Positions 9,211-20,259 of a stretch of DNA of 64,000 bases are shown one piece after another; the first letter of the stretch is position 1, and every line of letters starts with the position of its first letter. The position numbers and the translations under genes were made by a program. Source of the DNA: an uncultured delta proteobacterium (GTDB taxonomy: Bacteria; Myxococcota_A; Polyangia; Polyangiales; Polyangiaceae); NCBI GenBank assembly GCA_963696385.1, contig CAVOKF010000007.1:384001-448000 (forward strand), written 5' to 3'. The notes under the pieces were generated by a model. The model was not told the DNA's origin, ran no database searches, and worked only from the letters and a program-made list of their open reading frames with translations.

Positions 9211-10464
9211 CTACCCCGCCTCCGTCTTTCGGGTCAGCCGGTCGATCTGCAGCCGGATGTGCGCCGCTTCCGCCGGGGACTTGGCGAGGGCGAGCGCGCG
9301 ATCGAACGCCTCGCGCGCCTCGTCGCGTCGGCCGAGGTCCACAAGCAGAGCGCCGCGGACGCCGAAGAAGTAGAAGTACCCGGGCAGGTCCTTCGCCAGC
9401 GCGTCGAGCATCGTCAGCGCCGCGGCCGGACCGCGCAGCTTGGCCACGGCGACGGCGCGATTGAGCGAGACCACCGGCGACGGCTGGAGGCGCTCGAGCA
9501 CGGCGTAGAGCTGTTCGATCTCGCCCCAGTCCGTCTCTTCGAAGCGGGGCGCGCGCGCATGGATCGCGGCGATGGCGGCCTGCACCTGGTACGGCCCTGG
9601 GCGGGCGTGGCGGAGTGCCTTGTCGAGGAGCGCCAGGGCTTCCGCGATGCGGTCGCGGTCCCACTGGCCACGGTCCTGATCCTCGAGCAGAACGATCGCA
9701 CCCTGCGCGTCGAGCCGCGCCTTCGATTGCGAGTGCTGAAGAAGCATGAGCGCGGAGAGCCCGAGCATCTCGGGCTCTCCCGGAAACAGTCGGAGGAGGA
9801 GCCGGGCTAGACGGATGGCTTCGTCGCACAGCGGGACGCGCACGTGGGCGCCGCCGCCCGTCGCCGAGTACCCCTCGTTGAAGAGGAGGTAGAGGACGGC
9901 CGCCACAGCCGCCAACCGCTCCGCGCGCTCCGGCGCACCCGGCGTCTCGAAGGCGATGCACTCCGCGGCGACGCGGTTCTTGGCCCGTGTGATCCGCTGC
10001 TCCATCGCGACATCGGTCACCAAGAACGCGCGTGCGATCTCCGCGACCGTGAGGCCGCAGACGATCCGCAGCGCGAGAGCGATCTGCTGCGTCGCGGGAA
10101 GCTCCGGATGGCAGCACATGAAGAGCAGGCGGAGAAGGTCGTCGCGGTAATCCGCCTCGTCGAGCTCTTCAGCGAGGGGCCCCTCGGCGTCGCTCAGATC
10201 GGACAGCGCCTCTTCCCCGGGCAGCTCGCGCTCCCGCCTGCGCCTGCGCACGCCGTCGAGCGCGACATTGCGCCCGACGAGGACGAGCCACGCCACGGTG
10301 TCGCGCGGTGGCCCGTTTCTCGGCCAGCTCTTGAGCGCGCGCAGGCACGCCTCCTGAAACGCCTCCTCGGCGAGGTCGAGGTCCCGGAAATGGCGAAGAA
10401 GCGCGCCCATCGCCTGGGGACGCGCGCCGCGCAGGGCCACATCGATCCAGGCGACTGCACTCAC
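9211..10464 (-). CDS. ECF sigma-70 factor with long C-terminal TPR-like extension (ECF42-type)
   Basis: DLAEEAFQEA, LRLLFMCCHPEL, YLLFNEGY, PGPYQVQAAIAA, SPVVSLNRAVA; GTGA overlap with the upstream YciI gene. Confidence 0.9.
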   Translation of the reverse strand: MSAVAWIDVALRGARPQAMGALLRHFRDLDLAEEAFQEACLRALKSWPRNGPPRDTVAWLVLVGRNVALDGVRRRRRERELPGEEALSDLSDAEGPLAEELDEADYRDDLLRLLFMCCHPELPATQQIALALRIVCGLTVAEIARAFLVTDVAMEQRITRAKNRVAAECIAFETPGAPERAERLAAVAAVLYLLFNEGYSATGGGAHVRVPLCDEAIRLARLLLRLFPGEPEMLGLSALMLLQHSQSKARLDAQGAIVLLEDQDRGQWDRDRIAEALALLDKALRHARPGPYQVQAAIAAIHARAPRFEETDWGEIEQLYAVLERLQPSPVVSLNRAVAVAKLRGPAAALTMLDALAKDLPGYFYFFGVRGALLVDLGRRDEAREAFDRALALAKSPAEAAHIRLQIDRLTRKTEAG

Positions 10465-10833
10465 GGCCGGGGCGCCTCCGGACGGAGCAGGCGCAGGGGA
10501 CGGATTCTCGTAGGACCCGTTCGTGCTGCTGGCCTGGGCAAGGTCCTTCGCCGTGGCGATCGCTTGCTCGAGCGACGCGCACTCGACGATGAAGAAGCCG
10601 AGAAGCTGCTCCTTCGTTTCCGCAAACGGACCGTCGAGGACGATGGTCTCCTTGCCCTTGCGAAGCGTCGTCGCGGTCGTCGTCGGCATCAGACGAGCCA
10701 CGGGCCCAAGGCGTCGCTCGCGCGCGAGCTGGTCGGTCACGACATCGAGCTTGGCGATGACCGCGGCGTCCTGCTCCGGCGTCCAGGACTCGACGACGTC
10801 TTCGCGGTCGTAACAGAGAATGGCGTACAGCAT
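10461..10833 (-). CDS. YciI/DGPF-family protein; a +1 insertion near 10506 fuses it to the sigma ORF
   Basis: DGPFAETKEQLLGFFIVEC; removing one A restores ...GSYEIRPLRLLRPEAPRP*. Confidence 0.85.
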
Positions 10834-10854
10834 TTTCACGGCTCTCTTTCTCAG

Positions 10855-10881
10855 GACGAAGGAGTAGGCCGGCGGCCGACA
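10855..10881 (-). promoter_or_regulatory. Putative ECF42-type promoter TGTCGG-N17-CGTC
   Basis: Same motif and spacing at 10911 and 12308. Confidence 0.6.
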
Positions 10882-10910
10882 GGGGGTCGAAGAAAAAAGG
10901 TGAGCGCGCG

Positions 10911-10937
10911 TGTCGGTTCCACCTTTCCCCGTTCGTC
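10911..10937 (+). promoter_or_regulatory. Putative ECF42-type promoter TGTCGG-N17-CGTC
   Basis: Ends 8 nt before the DoxX ATG. Confidence 0.6.
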
Positions 10938-10945
10938 CTCGGGGC

Positions 10946-11399
10946 ATGGAAGCCATCCTCGATCCGAGTTCAAGCTCAACCACCCCCCGATCCGCGCCCG
11001 CCAAGACATGGACGGCGCGCATTCTCGGCTCACTGCTCGTCCTCTTTCTCCTCGTCGACGGAACCGGCAAGGTGCTCCGCTTCGCGCCGTACGTCGAGGG
11101 GACGGCCCGTGTCGGCTACCCGGCCGCGTGCCTGGTTCCGCTCGGCCTCGTCCTAATCGCCTGCACGATTCTTGTACGTCGTCCCTCGCACCGCTCTCCT
11201 GGGCGCGGTCCTGCTCACCGGGTACCTCGGCGGGGCCACCGCGACCCATGTCCGCATGGGCGAGCCGTTTTTCTTCCCCGTCGTCTTCGGCGTCCTCTTG
11301 TGGGCGTGCCTAACCGTGCGCGACGCGCGCCTTCGCACGCTCCTCCTTCCGCGCGAGCCGCGCGAGCGTGACGCCGGTGAAAAAGGCTTAATCGATTGA
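10946..11399 (+). CDS. DoxX-family membrane protein, frameshifted near 11172
   Basis: FLLVDGTGKV...ACTIL, continuing in another frame as YVVPRTALLGAVLLTGYLGGATATHVR. Confidence 0.85.
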
Positions 11400-11453
11400 A
11401 CCGTTGTCCGCTCGCTTCTCGTTCGAAGTACAACCCGCTATCGGAGGTTCACC

Positions 11454-11882
11454 ATGCAACTGGTCCACATCTATCTGAATTTTGCCGGCAACACCGAAGA
11501 GGCCTTCAAGTTTTACGAGAAGGTCTTCGGCACACGCATCGCCATGAAGCAGACCTTCGGAGAGACGTCGTTCATGAAGGGCGTGCCCGACGCCTCAAAG
11601 AACAAAATTATGCACATTCAGCTTCCGATTACCGAGGCCGTGCATCTGATGGGCAGCGACTCCGTGGAAGGGTTCGGCCCGCAGCTCAAGCCGGGCAACA
11701 ACTTTCATGTTTGCGTGGTCGCGAACGACAAGGCCGAGGCCGATCGCGTGTTTCACGCGCTCAGCGGCGACGGCGGAAAGGTCACGATGCCGATCGCAAA
11801 CGCGCCATGGGGTCCCTACTTCGGCATGTGTGTCGACCGCTTCGGCACGCAATGGATGGTGAGCTTGCCGACGCCGGCGTGA
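11454..11882 (+). CDS. VOC/PhnB-family glyoxalase
   Basis: YLNFAGNTEEAFKFYEKVFG, IMHIQL, WGPYFGMCVDRFGTQWMV. Confidence 0.9.
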   Translation: MQLVHIYLNFAGNTEEAFKFYEKVFGTRIAMKQTFGETSFMKGVPDASKNKIMHIQLPITEAVHLMGSDSVEGFGPQLKPGNNFHVCVVANDKAEADRVFHALSGDGGKVTMPIANAPWGPYFGMCVDRFGTQWMVSLPTPA

Positions 11883-11947
11883 GCCCTGCGTAGACGTCCG
11901 CGCCTTCGTCGAGCCAAGGGCGAAGGCGCGGTCCTCAGGCCCCGCGC

Positions 11948-12058
<111 letters not shown>

Positions 12059-12307
12059 ACCACGCAGGGGCGAGCGACCATGACCCAAAACGCGAGGTCG
12101 ATTGGCCGGAGCCGCGACCGACGAATTGCCCGACGAAGAATCGCCCGCTGCTCGCACACGAACGCCCCCGCCCGCGTCTCGCAGAGCCTGATTGGCTTGC
12201 CGCAGACGCCAGCCATTGACAAGTGCGGAGGGCGGCCTTGCTGCGATCGGCCTCCACCAAGAAGGTCGCCCTCAGATACGCTCCCGAGAAGTCGCGCCGA
12301 AAAAAGA

Positions 12308-12334
12308 TGTCCGCCCGGTGCCCACCCGGTCGTC
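12308..12334 (+). promoter_or_regulatory. Putative ECF42-type promoter TGTCCG-N17-CGTC
   Basis: Upstream of the second YciI gene; same spacing as at 10855 and 10911. Confidence 0.55.
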
Positions 12335-12359
12335 TTTCAGAGGAAGGGAGCAACCGACC

Positions 12360-12719
12360 ATGAGTGAATTCGTTTTTCTGTATCGCGGTGGAGTCATGTA
12401 CAAGACGCCGGGCGAGCCCGAGCGTTCGCCCGAGGAGATGCAAGCGCAGCTCGGCAAATGGCGCGCCTGGATGCAGGAGCTCGGCGCCAAGGGCCACATC
12501 AAGACGCTCGGAGCCCCGCTCGAGCAGGCCTCGAAGGTGGTGAGCGGCCCCAAGAAGGCGGTCACGGACGGACCCTTCGCCGAGAAGGATCTCGTCAGCG
12601 GCTTCACCATCGTCGAGGCGAAGGACCACGCGCACGCCGTCGAGCTCGCGATGGGGTGCCCGGTGTTCGTGATTGGGGGGTCCGTCGAGGTCCGCCCGGT
12701 CATGAAGATGCAGATGTAG
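12360..12719 (+). CDS. YciI/DGPF-family protein
   Basis: MSEFVFLYRGG...VTDGPFAEKDLVSGFTIVEA...GSVEVRPV. Confidence 0.9.
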   Translation: MSEFVFLYRGGVMYKTPGEPERSPEEMQAQLGKWRAWMQELGAKGHIKTLGAPLEQASKVVSGPKKAVTDGPFAEKDLVSGFTIVEAKDHAHAVELAMGCPVFVIGGSVEVRPVMKMQM

Positions 12720-12721
12720 GT

Positions 12722-13975
12722 GTGGAGCCCGAGCCGGGTTTCTTCCGGCGGCAGTCGGGGCGGCTCGTCTCCGCCCTGACCCGCATCTTCGGCGTCGGCA
12801 ACGTGGCGCTGGCAGAGGACGTCACGCAGGACGCCCTCTGCCGGGCGCTGTCCGTATGGCAGTTCTCGGGCGTCCCCGACGATCCGGCCGCCTGGCTCAT
12901 GGCCGTGGCACGCAACCGCGCGATCGACATCCTGCGGCGCGACCGCAACGCCCGTCGCTTCGCCCCCGACCTCGGCTTTCTTCTGGACAGCGAGTGGACG
13001 CTCGCGCCCACCGTGATCGACCTGTTCGAACCACGCGCCGTGACCGACGGCGAGCTGCGCATGATGTTCTCGTGCTCGGCTCCAGGCCTTCCCGAAGAAG
13101 CGCAGGTTGCGCTCATCCTCCACATCCTATGCGGCTTCTCGAACGGCGAGGTCGCCGGGGCACTGCTCAGCAGCGTCGCCGCGACCGAGAAGCGCATCAC
13201 GCGTGCGAAGAAGACGCTCGCGTCGAGCGGGCGGCTCTTCGAGCTCCACGACGACGCCGAGCTCCAGAAGCGCCTGCCTGCGGTGCAGCGGGCGCTCTAT
13301 CTCCTGTTCAACGAGGGATACCACGGCGCTTCACCCGAGGTCTCGGTGCGCGTCAGCCTGTGCCGCGAGGCGCTGCACCTCGCCCGGCTGCTCCTCGAGC
13401 ATCCGGCCTGCGCCATCCCGAGCACGCGTGCTCTCGTTGCGCTGATGTGCCTGCACGCGGCGCGGATGCCTTCGCGGCTCGACTCCGCCGGCGACCTCGT
13501 CCCCCTCCGGCAGCAGGACCGCACCCTCTGGGATACCGCTCTCACAGCCGAGGGGATCACCTTCCTCGACGCATCGGCGACCGGCGCCACCCTCAGCGAG
13601 TATCACATCGAGGCTGCCCTCGCGGCCGTGCATGCCAACGCGAAGACCGCGGACGAGACCCCATGGGCCGAGGTCGTCGGGCTCTACGACATGCTCATGG
13701 CGCTGCGTCCATCGCCCGTCGTCGCACTCAGCCGGGCGATCGCCATCGGGGAGAGAGACGGGCCCGAGGCAGGCCTGCTCACCATGCGTGCCATCGAGCA
13801 CGACGGCCGGCTCGCGCGAACCCCCTTTTACGAAGCCGCCCTGGGCGATCTGGAGCTGCGGGCCGGGCGGATTGAAGCAGCGAGGAGGCACCTGGGGGCT
13901 GCGCTCGAGAGGGCGCGAAATCCGATGGAGCGGCGGTTCTTCGAGGGACGGTTGCGCGCGCTCGTCCCCCGTTGA
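12722..13975 (+). CDS. ECF sigma-70 factor with C-terminal extension (ECF42-type)
   Basis: LAEDVTQDA, LRMMFSC, YLLFNEGY, SEYHIEAALAA, SPVVALSRAIA. Confidence 0.9.
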   Translation: MEPEPGFFRRQSGRLVSALTRIFGVGNVALAEDVTQDALCRALSVWQFSGVPDDPAAWLMAVARNRAIDILRRDRNARRFAPDLGFLLDSEWTLAPTVIDLFEPRAVTDGELRMMFSCSAPGLPEEAQVALILHILCGFSNGEVAGALLSSVAATEKRITRAKKTLASSGRLFELHDDAELQKRLPAVQRALYLLFNEGYHGASPEVSVRVSLCREALHLARLLLEHPACAIPSTRALVALMCLHAARMPSRLDSAGDLVPLRQQDRTLWDTALTAEGITFLDASATGATLSEYHIEAALAAVHANAKTADETPWAEVVGLYDMLMALRPSPVVALSRAIAIGERDGPEAGLLTMRAIEHDGRLARTPFYEAALGDLELRAGRIEAARRHLGAALERARNPMERRFFEGRLRALVPR

Positions 13976-14038
13976 TTGACCCTCCTACTTGCGCATCACG
14001 ACTGCCACCCACTCGACCGAGAACCAAAGGAGCAAGCC

Positions 14039-14106
14039 ATGAGCACGCACCGGACCATTCGTCATCACCTTCTCGTCCCTTGACGGTGTCAGGCAAGACC
14101 CGGACC
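14039..14106 (+). pseudogene. N-terminal remnant of a dihydrofolate reductase/RibD-C family gene
   Basis: AAAGGAG RBS and ATG; with one frameshift it reads MSTHRT(I)VITFSSLDGVRQDPD, then similarity ends. Confidence 0.5.
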
Positions 14107-14160
14107 GCGGCGACGATGCGCCGACCGGCGCCTGGGCTAGAGCGCGAGCGTTGGAGCCTC

Positions 14161-15675
14161 TCAGTTCACGCGGACGGTGGTGAGCGAGTACGGAGCGATG
14201 GTGACCGAGAACGATGAGCTCGACACGCGCGTGGCACTCTGCGCGATCGACGAGCTGTTCTCCCCGTAGGTGAATACGTCTCCGACGCCCCACCGCCTTG
14301 CTCCTTGAAGCGACACCGTGACAGCGTACGAGTTTGCAGGGTCCTTGTTGACGAGCAGCACATTGACGTTTCCGGCCTCCCCCTGAACGGCATGTGCCGA
14401 TACGAGCGGCGCCGACGACGTCGCGCTCAGCAACGTACCCCGCGGCTCGACCGCGTGCGCCAGCATCTGCACCCCGTAATACGACGGGAACGGCGTTTCG
14501 GCCGGCGGCTCTATGGACGTCGAGCACATTCCGCCACTCGACAGGAAACCGAAGTCGCCGTAGCTGTAACTACCGTACAAGGACGAGCTATCGTTGGTGC
14601 CGCAAGCGGGACTGTTGTGGATGGCCCACAAGTCCACGTTGCTCACGCCGTTCTCAAGCCAGGTCATCATCGAGTCGGCGAGGAAGAGCCCGTTGACGAG
14701 GCTCGTGGTCTGCTTGCCGGGATTGTACGACACAGAGTTCGTCTCCGTGACGAGGATCTCAATGTCCTTCGCATGCGCTCCGCAGTACTGAGCCATCAGC
14801 GACTGCAGCGTGGCGACCATGCTTGGAATGCTGGGCGTGTTGGATCCGCCGCTCTGAGAGATCGCCAACAAGCCCGGGTCGGACTCGGCCCCGGGGCTCT
14901 CCGGATACCAGTGAACGATGACGAAATCGGCGGCGCTGCACCCGGTCGACAAGACGGTGTCGTTCCAGGGCTGGGGGGAGGTGGTGTTTGTCACCCCGTC
15001 CGGCCAGTTGCCCGGCGCGGTCAGTACAGCGCCAATTTTGATAGACGGGTCCACCGCTTTCATCGCCGCCGAGTATTGCTGGAGAAGCGCAGCGTATTCC
15101 GCGGGACCCGGGGGGTTGACGTCGTTCTCCCAGTTGCCGCCGTACGTGCTGTTGCCGTAGATTTCGTTGCCGATTTCCCAGTACTTGATGCGATAACGCT
15201 GGCCCGTCGCGCCGCCCCCCGGGTACGTGGGAACCGGCCCACTGTAGGAGGGACCGCCCGTGTTGGCGTACTGGACCCAGCCCGCAGCCTCGGCCGGCGT
15301 TCCGGAGCCGTAGTTCACGGTGATGATCGCCTGCGCGTGAGCCGCCTGAACGACCGACATGTACGAATCAAACGTGTTGGCGGCATAGCTTCCGGTGTTC
15401 GACTGCCAGTGGTACACGTCCGCCGTCGAGCCACCCGGATAACGTACGAGCCGCACGCCGGCGTCCGAAAGCAGGGCCGGAATGGCGGCCTCGTACAGGT
15501 GCGAGTCCCAAACCGCAGCGTTTGCGCCGACCGGCGTGTCGGCGAGCTGCGCGAGCCCGCTCGTGGTGTTCACGGTGACGGTGCTCGGCGTCGCCGTGGT
15601 CTGGGCCAGGGACGTCGCAGTCACCAGGACGCCGGCGAGGTTCACCCAAGCCGGAACGAAAATCGGTTTTTTCAT
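14161..15675 (-). CDS. Secreted clan GH-A glycoside hydrolase (alpha-L-arabinofuranosidase-like)
   Basis: Signal peptide; RYPGGS, YWEIGNE (acid/base), VHWYP, VTETN (nucleophile); C-terminal beta-sandwich. Confidence 0.8.
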   Translation of the reverse strand: MKKPIFVPAWVNLAGVLVTATSLAQTTATPSTVTVNTTSGLAQLADTPVGANAAVWDSHLYEAAIPALLSDAGVRLVRYPGGSTADVYHWQSNTGSYAANTFDSYMSVVQAAHAQAIITVNYGSGTPAEAAGWVQYANTGGPSYSGPVPTYPGGGATGQRYRIKYWEIGNEIYGNSTYGGNWENDVNPPGPAEYAALLQQYSAAMKAVDPSIKIGAVLTAPGNWPDGVTNTTSPQPWNDTVLSTGCSAADFVIVHWYPESPGAESDPGLLAISQSGGSNTPSIPSMVATLQSLMAQYCGAHAKDIEILVTETNSVSYNPGKQTTSLVNGLFLADSMMTWLENGVSNVDLWAIHNSPACGTNDSSSLYGSYSYGDFGFLSSGGMCSTSIEPPAETPFPSYYGVQMLAHAVEPRGTLLSATSSAPLVSAHAVQGEAGNVNVLLVNKDPANSYAVTVSLQGARRWGVGDVFTYGENSSSIAQSATRVSSSSFSVTIAPYSLTTVRVN

Positions 15676-16220
15676 GATAGCTCTCCTCACGGTGCGGTAG
15701 CGGCTGAAAAGGCCTTTGACGCCAGTTTAGGTTACCGTCCGGTCGGACAGCCCCCTCTTCGAATTACGGATCGACTCGATGCATATCGCGGTTACGTGAC
15801 GATGGGGTGACGTTGCGGCGCGAGCATGGACGCGGAGGCGCTCCGCCGACGCAAACTTCGCCCCGCTTCACGTCAAGCTTTCCTTGTGGCGGCAATGCAT
15901 CCGTTCGCGATTGCGCGGATCGGCAGGCGTTTTTGGCGTCGACTGTCCGCGAGGATGCCGCTTTGTACCCAAGGTCGGCGCTGCCGGAACTGTCCACGCC
16001 GATGCGCAAAAGCGTTATCGTTGCCGTCGAGATTACGTAGGCCACCGGTCTCGAGTCCGGTCGCCGACTCGGTGCTCACACTCGCAGTCGACCCGTTTCG
16101 TTGCAACGACATTGGGGTTTACAGGGCGTCACGTAAACCGCCGTGCTGGAGACGTCGGCAAAAGGGGCCGCCCGCGGGTGGAGCGGAGTCGAGGTCGGCC
16201 TGGATGGGCACCGAAGAACG

Positions 16221-17214
16221 CTACGTCCCACCTTGCTCGGCAAACTCTTGCAACAGCTCGGCCCGGGTCCGCGTTCCGAGCTTGGCTCGAGCGCGAAAGA
16301 ACAAAACCTTGACCGTCGAGTGAGCAAGGCCGAGCTCGTATGCGAATCTCTTTGTTCGAGTGCCCCATGGCCGCGTACGCGAGCACTTGGCGCTCGCGCC
16401 GGCTCAGCGTCGCGGGCCCGGGCACACGCGCCTCGTTCTCCCGAGCGAGCAGGTAGCGCCGGCCACCACGCTCGAAGTGGTCCACCAGCGTCCAGCGCCC
16501 CGCGACCAGGCCCTTCCAGGAGACGAGCGCCCGCTCGGGGTCTTGATGTCTCAGCTTTCCACGAGCGTGCTCGACGTCGAGCACGGCCTGCCGCAGCGCC
16601 TGAAGCGCGGGGCGCAGCGCGGCGGGGCCGACGGCGTGCTGGACTTCTCCGCGCGGATCCACGATCGCCTCCGCACGCGCTGTGGGCTCGGCGTCGAGCG
16701 CGAGCCCGATGCGCATTCGCAGCCGGTGAGCGGTCGCCAGGTGGACTGCAACACGCGTGAGGCTCGCTCTCCGAGAAGACGACAAACGCCCGATCTTCGC
16801 GCGGAAGGCGAGGACGCAACAGCCCGTCCCACCCGGGTTCATTCCATTGATGCCGATCGCGTCGACCACGCCAATCGTTCGACCCAACTTGAAGGTTGGC
16901 GTCTCGCGCCACCCGGGCACTTCGCTCGACATTCCGACTCGAAGGCTGAGATAGCTACGCTTGACGAAGGCTGGGTCGAGTCCGTTGAGTCCCGTTTGCA
17001 CCAACGATTGCAAGCCCGCGGAGCACTCGTGCGTCATATGAGTCAACCGATGAGTCAGGTGACCCTCCGGAGACACGTGGTAGACGATCCCGGCGACTCC
17101 GAGACCCTCATCGACCCAGGGCCGAACGGCGTCCACGATGCCCTTCATCCACATTTCCGGGCCGAGCTCGAGCCGATACGTATTCTCCAGAATGCTGATC
17201 CAGTCAGGCTTCAT
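16221..17214 (-). CDS. LuxR-type HTH transcriptional regulator, frameshifted near 16345
   Basis: LSRRERQVLAYAAMGHSNKE, continuing in another frame as IAYELGLAHSTVKVLFFRARAKLG...GGT*. Confidence 0.85.
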
Positions 17215-17439
17215 GCGAGATCCCCCGCCTCATGTTTCCGGGCCAAGGTTACCCGACGAGGTGCGAGGGAGTCCATGACAGGCCATTACCTACACATTTC
17301 GGCGCACCTCTCGGGTAGAATGGTCTTGTGCAGATGGCTCGCGAGCTCGGAATGAACCCGAAAAACTCGGAGGCAGAGACAACCATCGCCACCAGGTTCC
17401 GTCGTCGACCGTCGCCGGCGTCATGAGGCGGACTCGCGC

Positions 17440-18099
17440 CTACTTGCGCGCGGGTCGCTTCACGGCGCGCACGACGGGCGCCTTGATGCCGCCGCAGAAC
17501 AAGAGGTCCCCCTGCGCCTCGAGGCCCGACACGCCGTCGGGGATCTCGAGCGTCTCGAGCACGCGCCCCGTGACGGGGTCGACGCGCCGCAGCTCCGACC
17601 TGTCCTCTTCCCAGGTGCCGTGCCACAGGTCGCCGTCGACGAACGACACGCCCGTCACGAAGCGATCGGAGCGCAGCGTCTTGAGCACCTTGCCGGTGGT
17701 CGCGTCGATCTTATGGATCGCGCGCCCCTTGTACTGCCCGACCCAGAGCGTGCCCCCCTCCCAGGCGAGGCCCGAGTTGTCCTTCGTCATGCCCGGCGTT
17801 GCGATCGTGGCGACCACGCGGCCGGTCTTCGGGTCCACCTTGCGGATTTTGTCTTCGCCAATTTGATACAGGTACTCGCCGTCGAACGCTGTGCCAGCCT
17901 CGGCGCAAACCTCGATTTCCTTTTCGATCGCGCCCGTCTCGGGATTCATCGCCGCGAGCTTTTTTCCGTGGGCGAACCAGACGTGCGTGCCGTCGTGGGC
18001 GACGCCGTGGACCCGTTCGACCGGGAAGGGTCCGTACTCGCGGACGATGGTGGCTTTCTGGCGGGTCGACGAGGACTGAGTAGACGACGCGGTGTCCAT
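17440..18099 (-). CDS. Glutaminyl-cyclotransferase-like beta-propeller protein
   Basis: REYGPFP...VHGV, AGTAFDG, SGLAWEGGTLWVGQY, RFVTGV...LWHGTWE. Confidence 0.75.
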   Translation of the reverse strand: MDTASSTQSSSTRQKATIVREYGPFPVERVHGVAHDGTHVWFAHGKKLAAMNPETGAIEKEIEVCAEAGTAFDGEYLYQIGEDKIRKVDPKTGRVVATIATPGMTKDNSGLAWEGGTLWVGQYKGRAIHKIDATTGKVLKTLRSDRFVTGVSFVDGDLWHGTWEEDRSELRRVDPVTGRVLETLEIPDGVSGLEAQGDLLFCGGIKAPVVRAVKRPARK

Positions 18100-18146
18100 G
18101 GTGAGCTCCTTCGCGGGCGCGTTCTCGCGCACCGACGAGTCTTGAT

Positions 18147-19379
18147 CTACGGCGCGGGGGGCCTCGGCGGGAGTAACAAGTCTGTCGGGATTTCGAAGAG
18201 CCGCACCCATCGCCGCCCGCGACCGTTGCCCGTCGGGCCGACTTTTCCGGCGTTCTCTAGCTCGCCGAGGCTCCGCTGGACGGTCCGTTCGCTGACGTCG
18301 AGGGCCAGCGCGAGCGACGACGCGCTCCAGGCTTCGCCGCCGTGCATGAGCGACAGGAGGCGCGAAGCGGGGCTCTCTTCGAGCGGCATGACGAGGACGA
18401 CCTCACCGGTCGTGGACAGCGCGTAGCCCGGTCCTTCGGCGACAACTCCGAGCCGCGGCCGAACGATCTTGCGCAGGCGGCCGATCTCGACGCGCAGCCG
18501 GATGCGGTGGGATTCGTTGGGGCGGCGCGCACCGAACGCCCGCGCAATCAGAACGTCCCGCGGGACGGCTTCGGGCCACGCTTCGGCGAGCACGCGCAGC
18601 ACCTCGAAGAGGACCGGCCTTCGCGCGAACGGGACGCACTCGCCGGAAAAGCGCACCTCGCGCCCGCCGCCGTCGATGACCACGTCTGCCGATCGCCCCA
18701 GCGCGCACACTTCGCAGAACGGCGCGGCCCGCGCTTTGCCGCGCGACGTAATGACCGCAGTGGGACCCTCGTAGTGATCGCGAATGCGCCCCACCTCCCG
18801 GACGAGGGCTGGGATCCCGGCTCTTTCCGCCGCCACACCGGCGCTCGCAAGGGCCGACATCAACAAGTCCGGGTCGCCGCGCTTGGCCGCCAGCTCGACG
18901 CGAACGAGCTCCGCGAACGTGCGCTCCAGCGGCGCGGCGGAGGTGAGCTTGGCGTGCCGGAGCAGTCGCTCAGCTTCGGCGGGTCGACCGAGGCGCAGCG
19001 CCGCCCGAGCCGCAACCAGCTGCAGATAGGCCGCGTTGCGAGCGTCGCTTGCAGCCTGGAGCTCCGCGACGGCGCGCGCGACCGGCTCCGCGCTCCAGCG
19101 CAGATCGCCGAGCGCGAGGGCGATCTCGGCTTCCGCCGCGAGGCAGCGCGCGCGGAGCAGGCGGTCTTCGGGCCCGAGCGTTCGCAGTGCGGCTCGAAGC
19201 TGCGCCTTGGCGCTGGCAAATTCGCCGAGCTGCGACAGAGCCGCGCCGCGCATGGCCCGCGCGCGCGCATCGGTCCGGCGACCGAGCCACTTCAGGGCCG
19301 AGAGCGCGTCCCCGAGGGAGAGTGCGCGGGCCGCAGCGGTGAGAGGCGCCTCCACCGCCACCTCATAGCTCGAGTCCAC
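18147..19379 (-). CDS. HTH-domain regulator (TPR-like N-terminus, winged helix, C-terminal HTH)
   Basis: RPVLFEVLRVLAEAWP...NESHRIRLRVEIGRLR; C-terminal WSASSLALALDVSERTVQRSL. Confidence 0.75.
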   Translation of the reverse strand: MDSSYEVAVEAPLTAAARALSLGDALSALKWLGRRTDARARAMRGAALSQLGEFASAKAQLRAALRTLGPEDRLLRARCLAAEAEIALALGDLRWSAEPVARAVAELQAASDARNAAYLQLVAARAALRLGRPAEAERLLRHAKLTSAAPLERTFAELVRVELAAKRGDPDLLMSALASAGVAAERAGIPALVREVGRIRDHYEGPTAVITSRGKARAAPFCEVCALGRSADVVIDGGGREVRFSGECVPFARRPVLFEVLRVLAEAWPEAVPRDVLIARAFGARRPNESHRIRLRVEIGRLRKIVRPRLGVVAEGPGYALSTTGEVVLVMPLEESPASRLLSLMHGGEAWSASSLALALDVSERTVQRSLGELENAGKVGPTGNGRGRRWVRLFEIPTDLLLPPRPPAP

Positions 19380-19527
19380 GCGACGGGACGTCGATTATGC
19401 CGGAGAGCAGCCCTTCGCCGTCGTCCGGAAACCAACCCCAGCCGGTGCCCGGGCACCCGGTGCATCCCGCGCGCAGCGCCACCTCGGCAAAGGTGCGCTC
19501 GCTAGGGGATCGAATCCATGCCGCCGA

Positions 19528-19725
19528 TCATTCGGGTTGCAAGACCATCTTCCCCACGGGCCGCGGTGCGATGCCCTCGACCATCTCGTGCGCGAGGCGA
19601 GCCTTCGAGAGCGGCAGCGTCGGCCCGAGTTGCGGTGTGAGCCGGCCGGCGGCGGCGAGCGCGCCTAGCTCGACGAGCGCCTGGCGCGTCACTCGCACGA
19701 TGATGAATATGCCGCGCACGCCCAA
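19528..19725 (-). pseudogene. C-terminal remnant of a zinc-binding (MDR) NADP oxidoreductase
   Basis: ...GRLTPQLGPTLPLSKARLAHEMVEG...GKMVLQ, with no upstream domain. Confidence 0.6.
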
Positions 19726-19880
19726 GTGCGCTCGCCGTCGCGCATCTTAGGCTATGACCGCATGGATGTGTTCTCCGCCGCACGCCCGTCCAACACTCTT
19801 ATGGGAGAGCGTCTCCTGCGCGCCGCGGCGCGTGTCCACGAGCACCCCCCCCTCGTCGAGCACGGCGTCAACGTCGCTAC

Positions 19881-20164
19881 ATGATTCGCGCGTTGCATCG
19901 CTGACCGGTAGCGGGCGGGCGGCGCGCGACGGACGGCGCGCGGTGGACGCCCCGCGCCGCCGTCCGCCGTCACCGAATGAGCCGCATCGTCATCGCCACG
20001 AACCGGTCGGCGTGCGAGAGCACCGCGTCCATCGCGTCGTCGCTCGCCTGGCCCACGGCGATGGCGATCTCGACCGCCGTGGACGCTTCGCACGACTCCG
20101 CGCGTGCGATCGCGAACGCCCGTGCCTTGTCCGCGGGACTCACTCGACCCGCGGCTTCCGCCGC
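19881..20164 (-). pseudogene. Second, truncated copy of the convergent four-helix-bundle cassette
   Basis: Homologous to 4388-4657: tail MIRALHR* of the + gene, the spacer, and the 3' half of the - gene (AAEAAGRVSPADKARAFAIARAE...FVAMTMRLIR*). Confidence 0.85.
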
Positions 20165-20259
20165 AGTCACCAACGGCTACAAATCCAGCATGGACATCGT
20201 CACGCACTACTCGGCGATGGCTCGCTGCCGAAGGCAGTTTTTGGCCACCACAACTAGAA

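Noticed and set aside
9211..11070. Novel 619-aa YciI-sigma fusion
   Set aside because: One extra A near 10506 explains it. Correction restores the YEIRP end and a GTGA overlap, and the paralogous pair at 12360-13975 is unfused.
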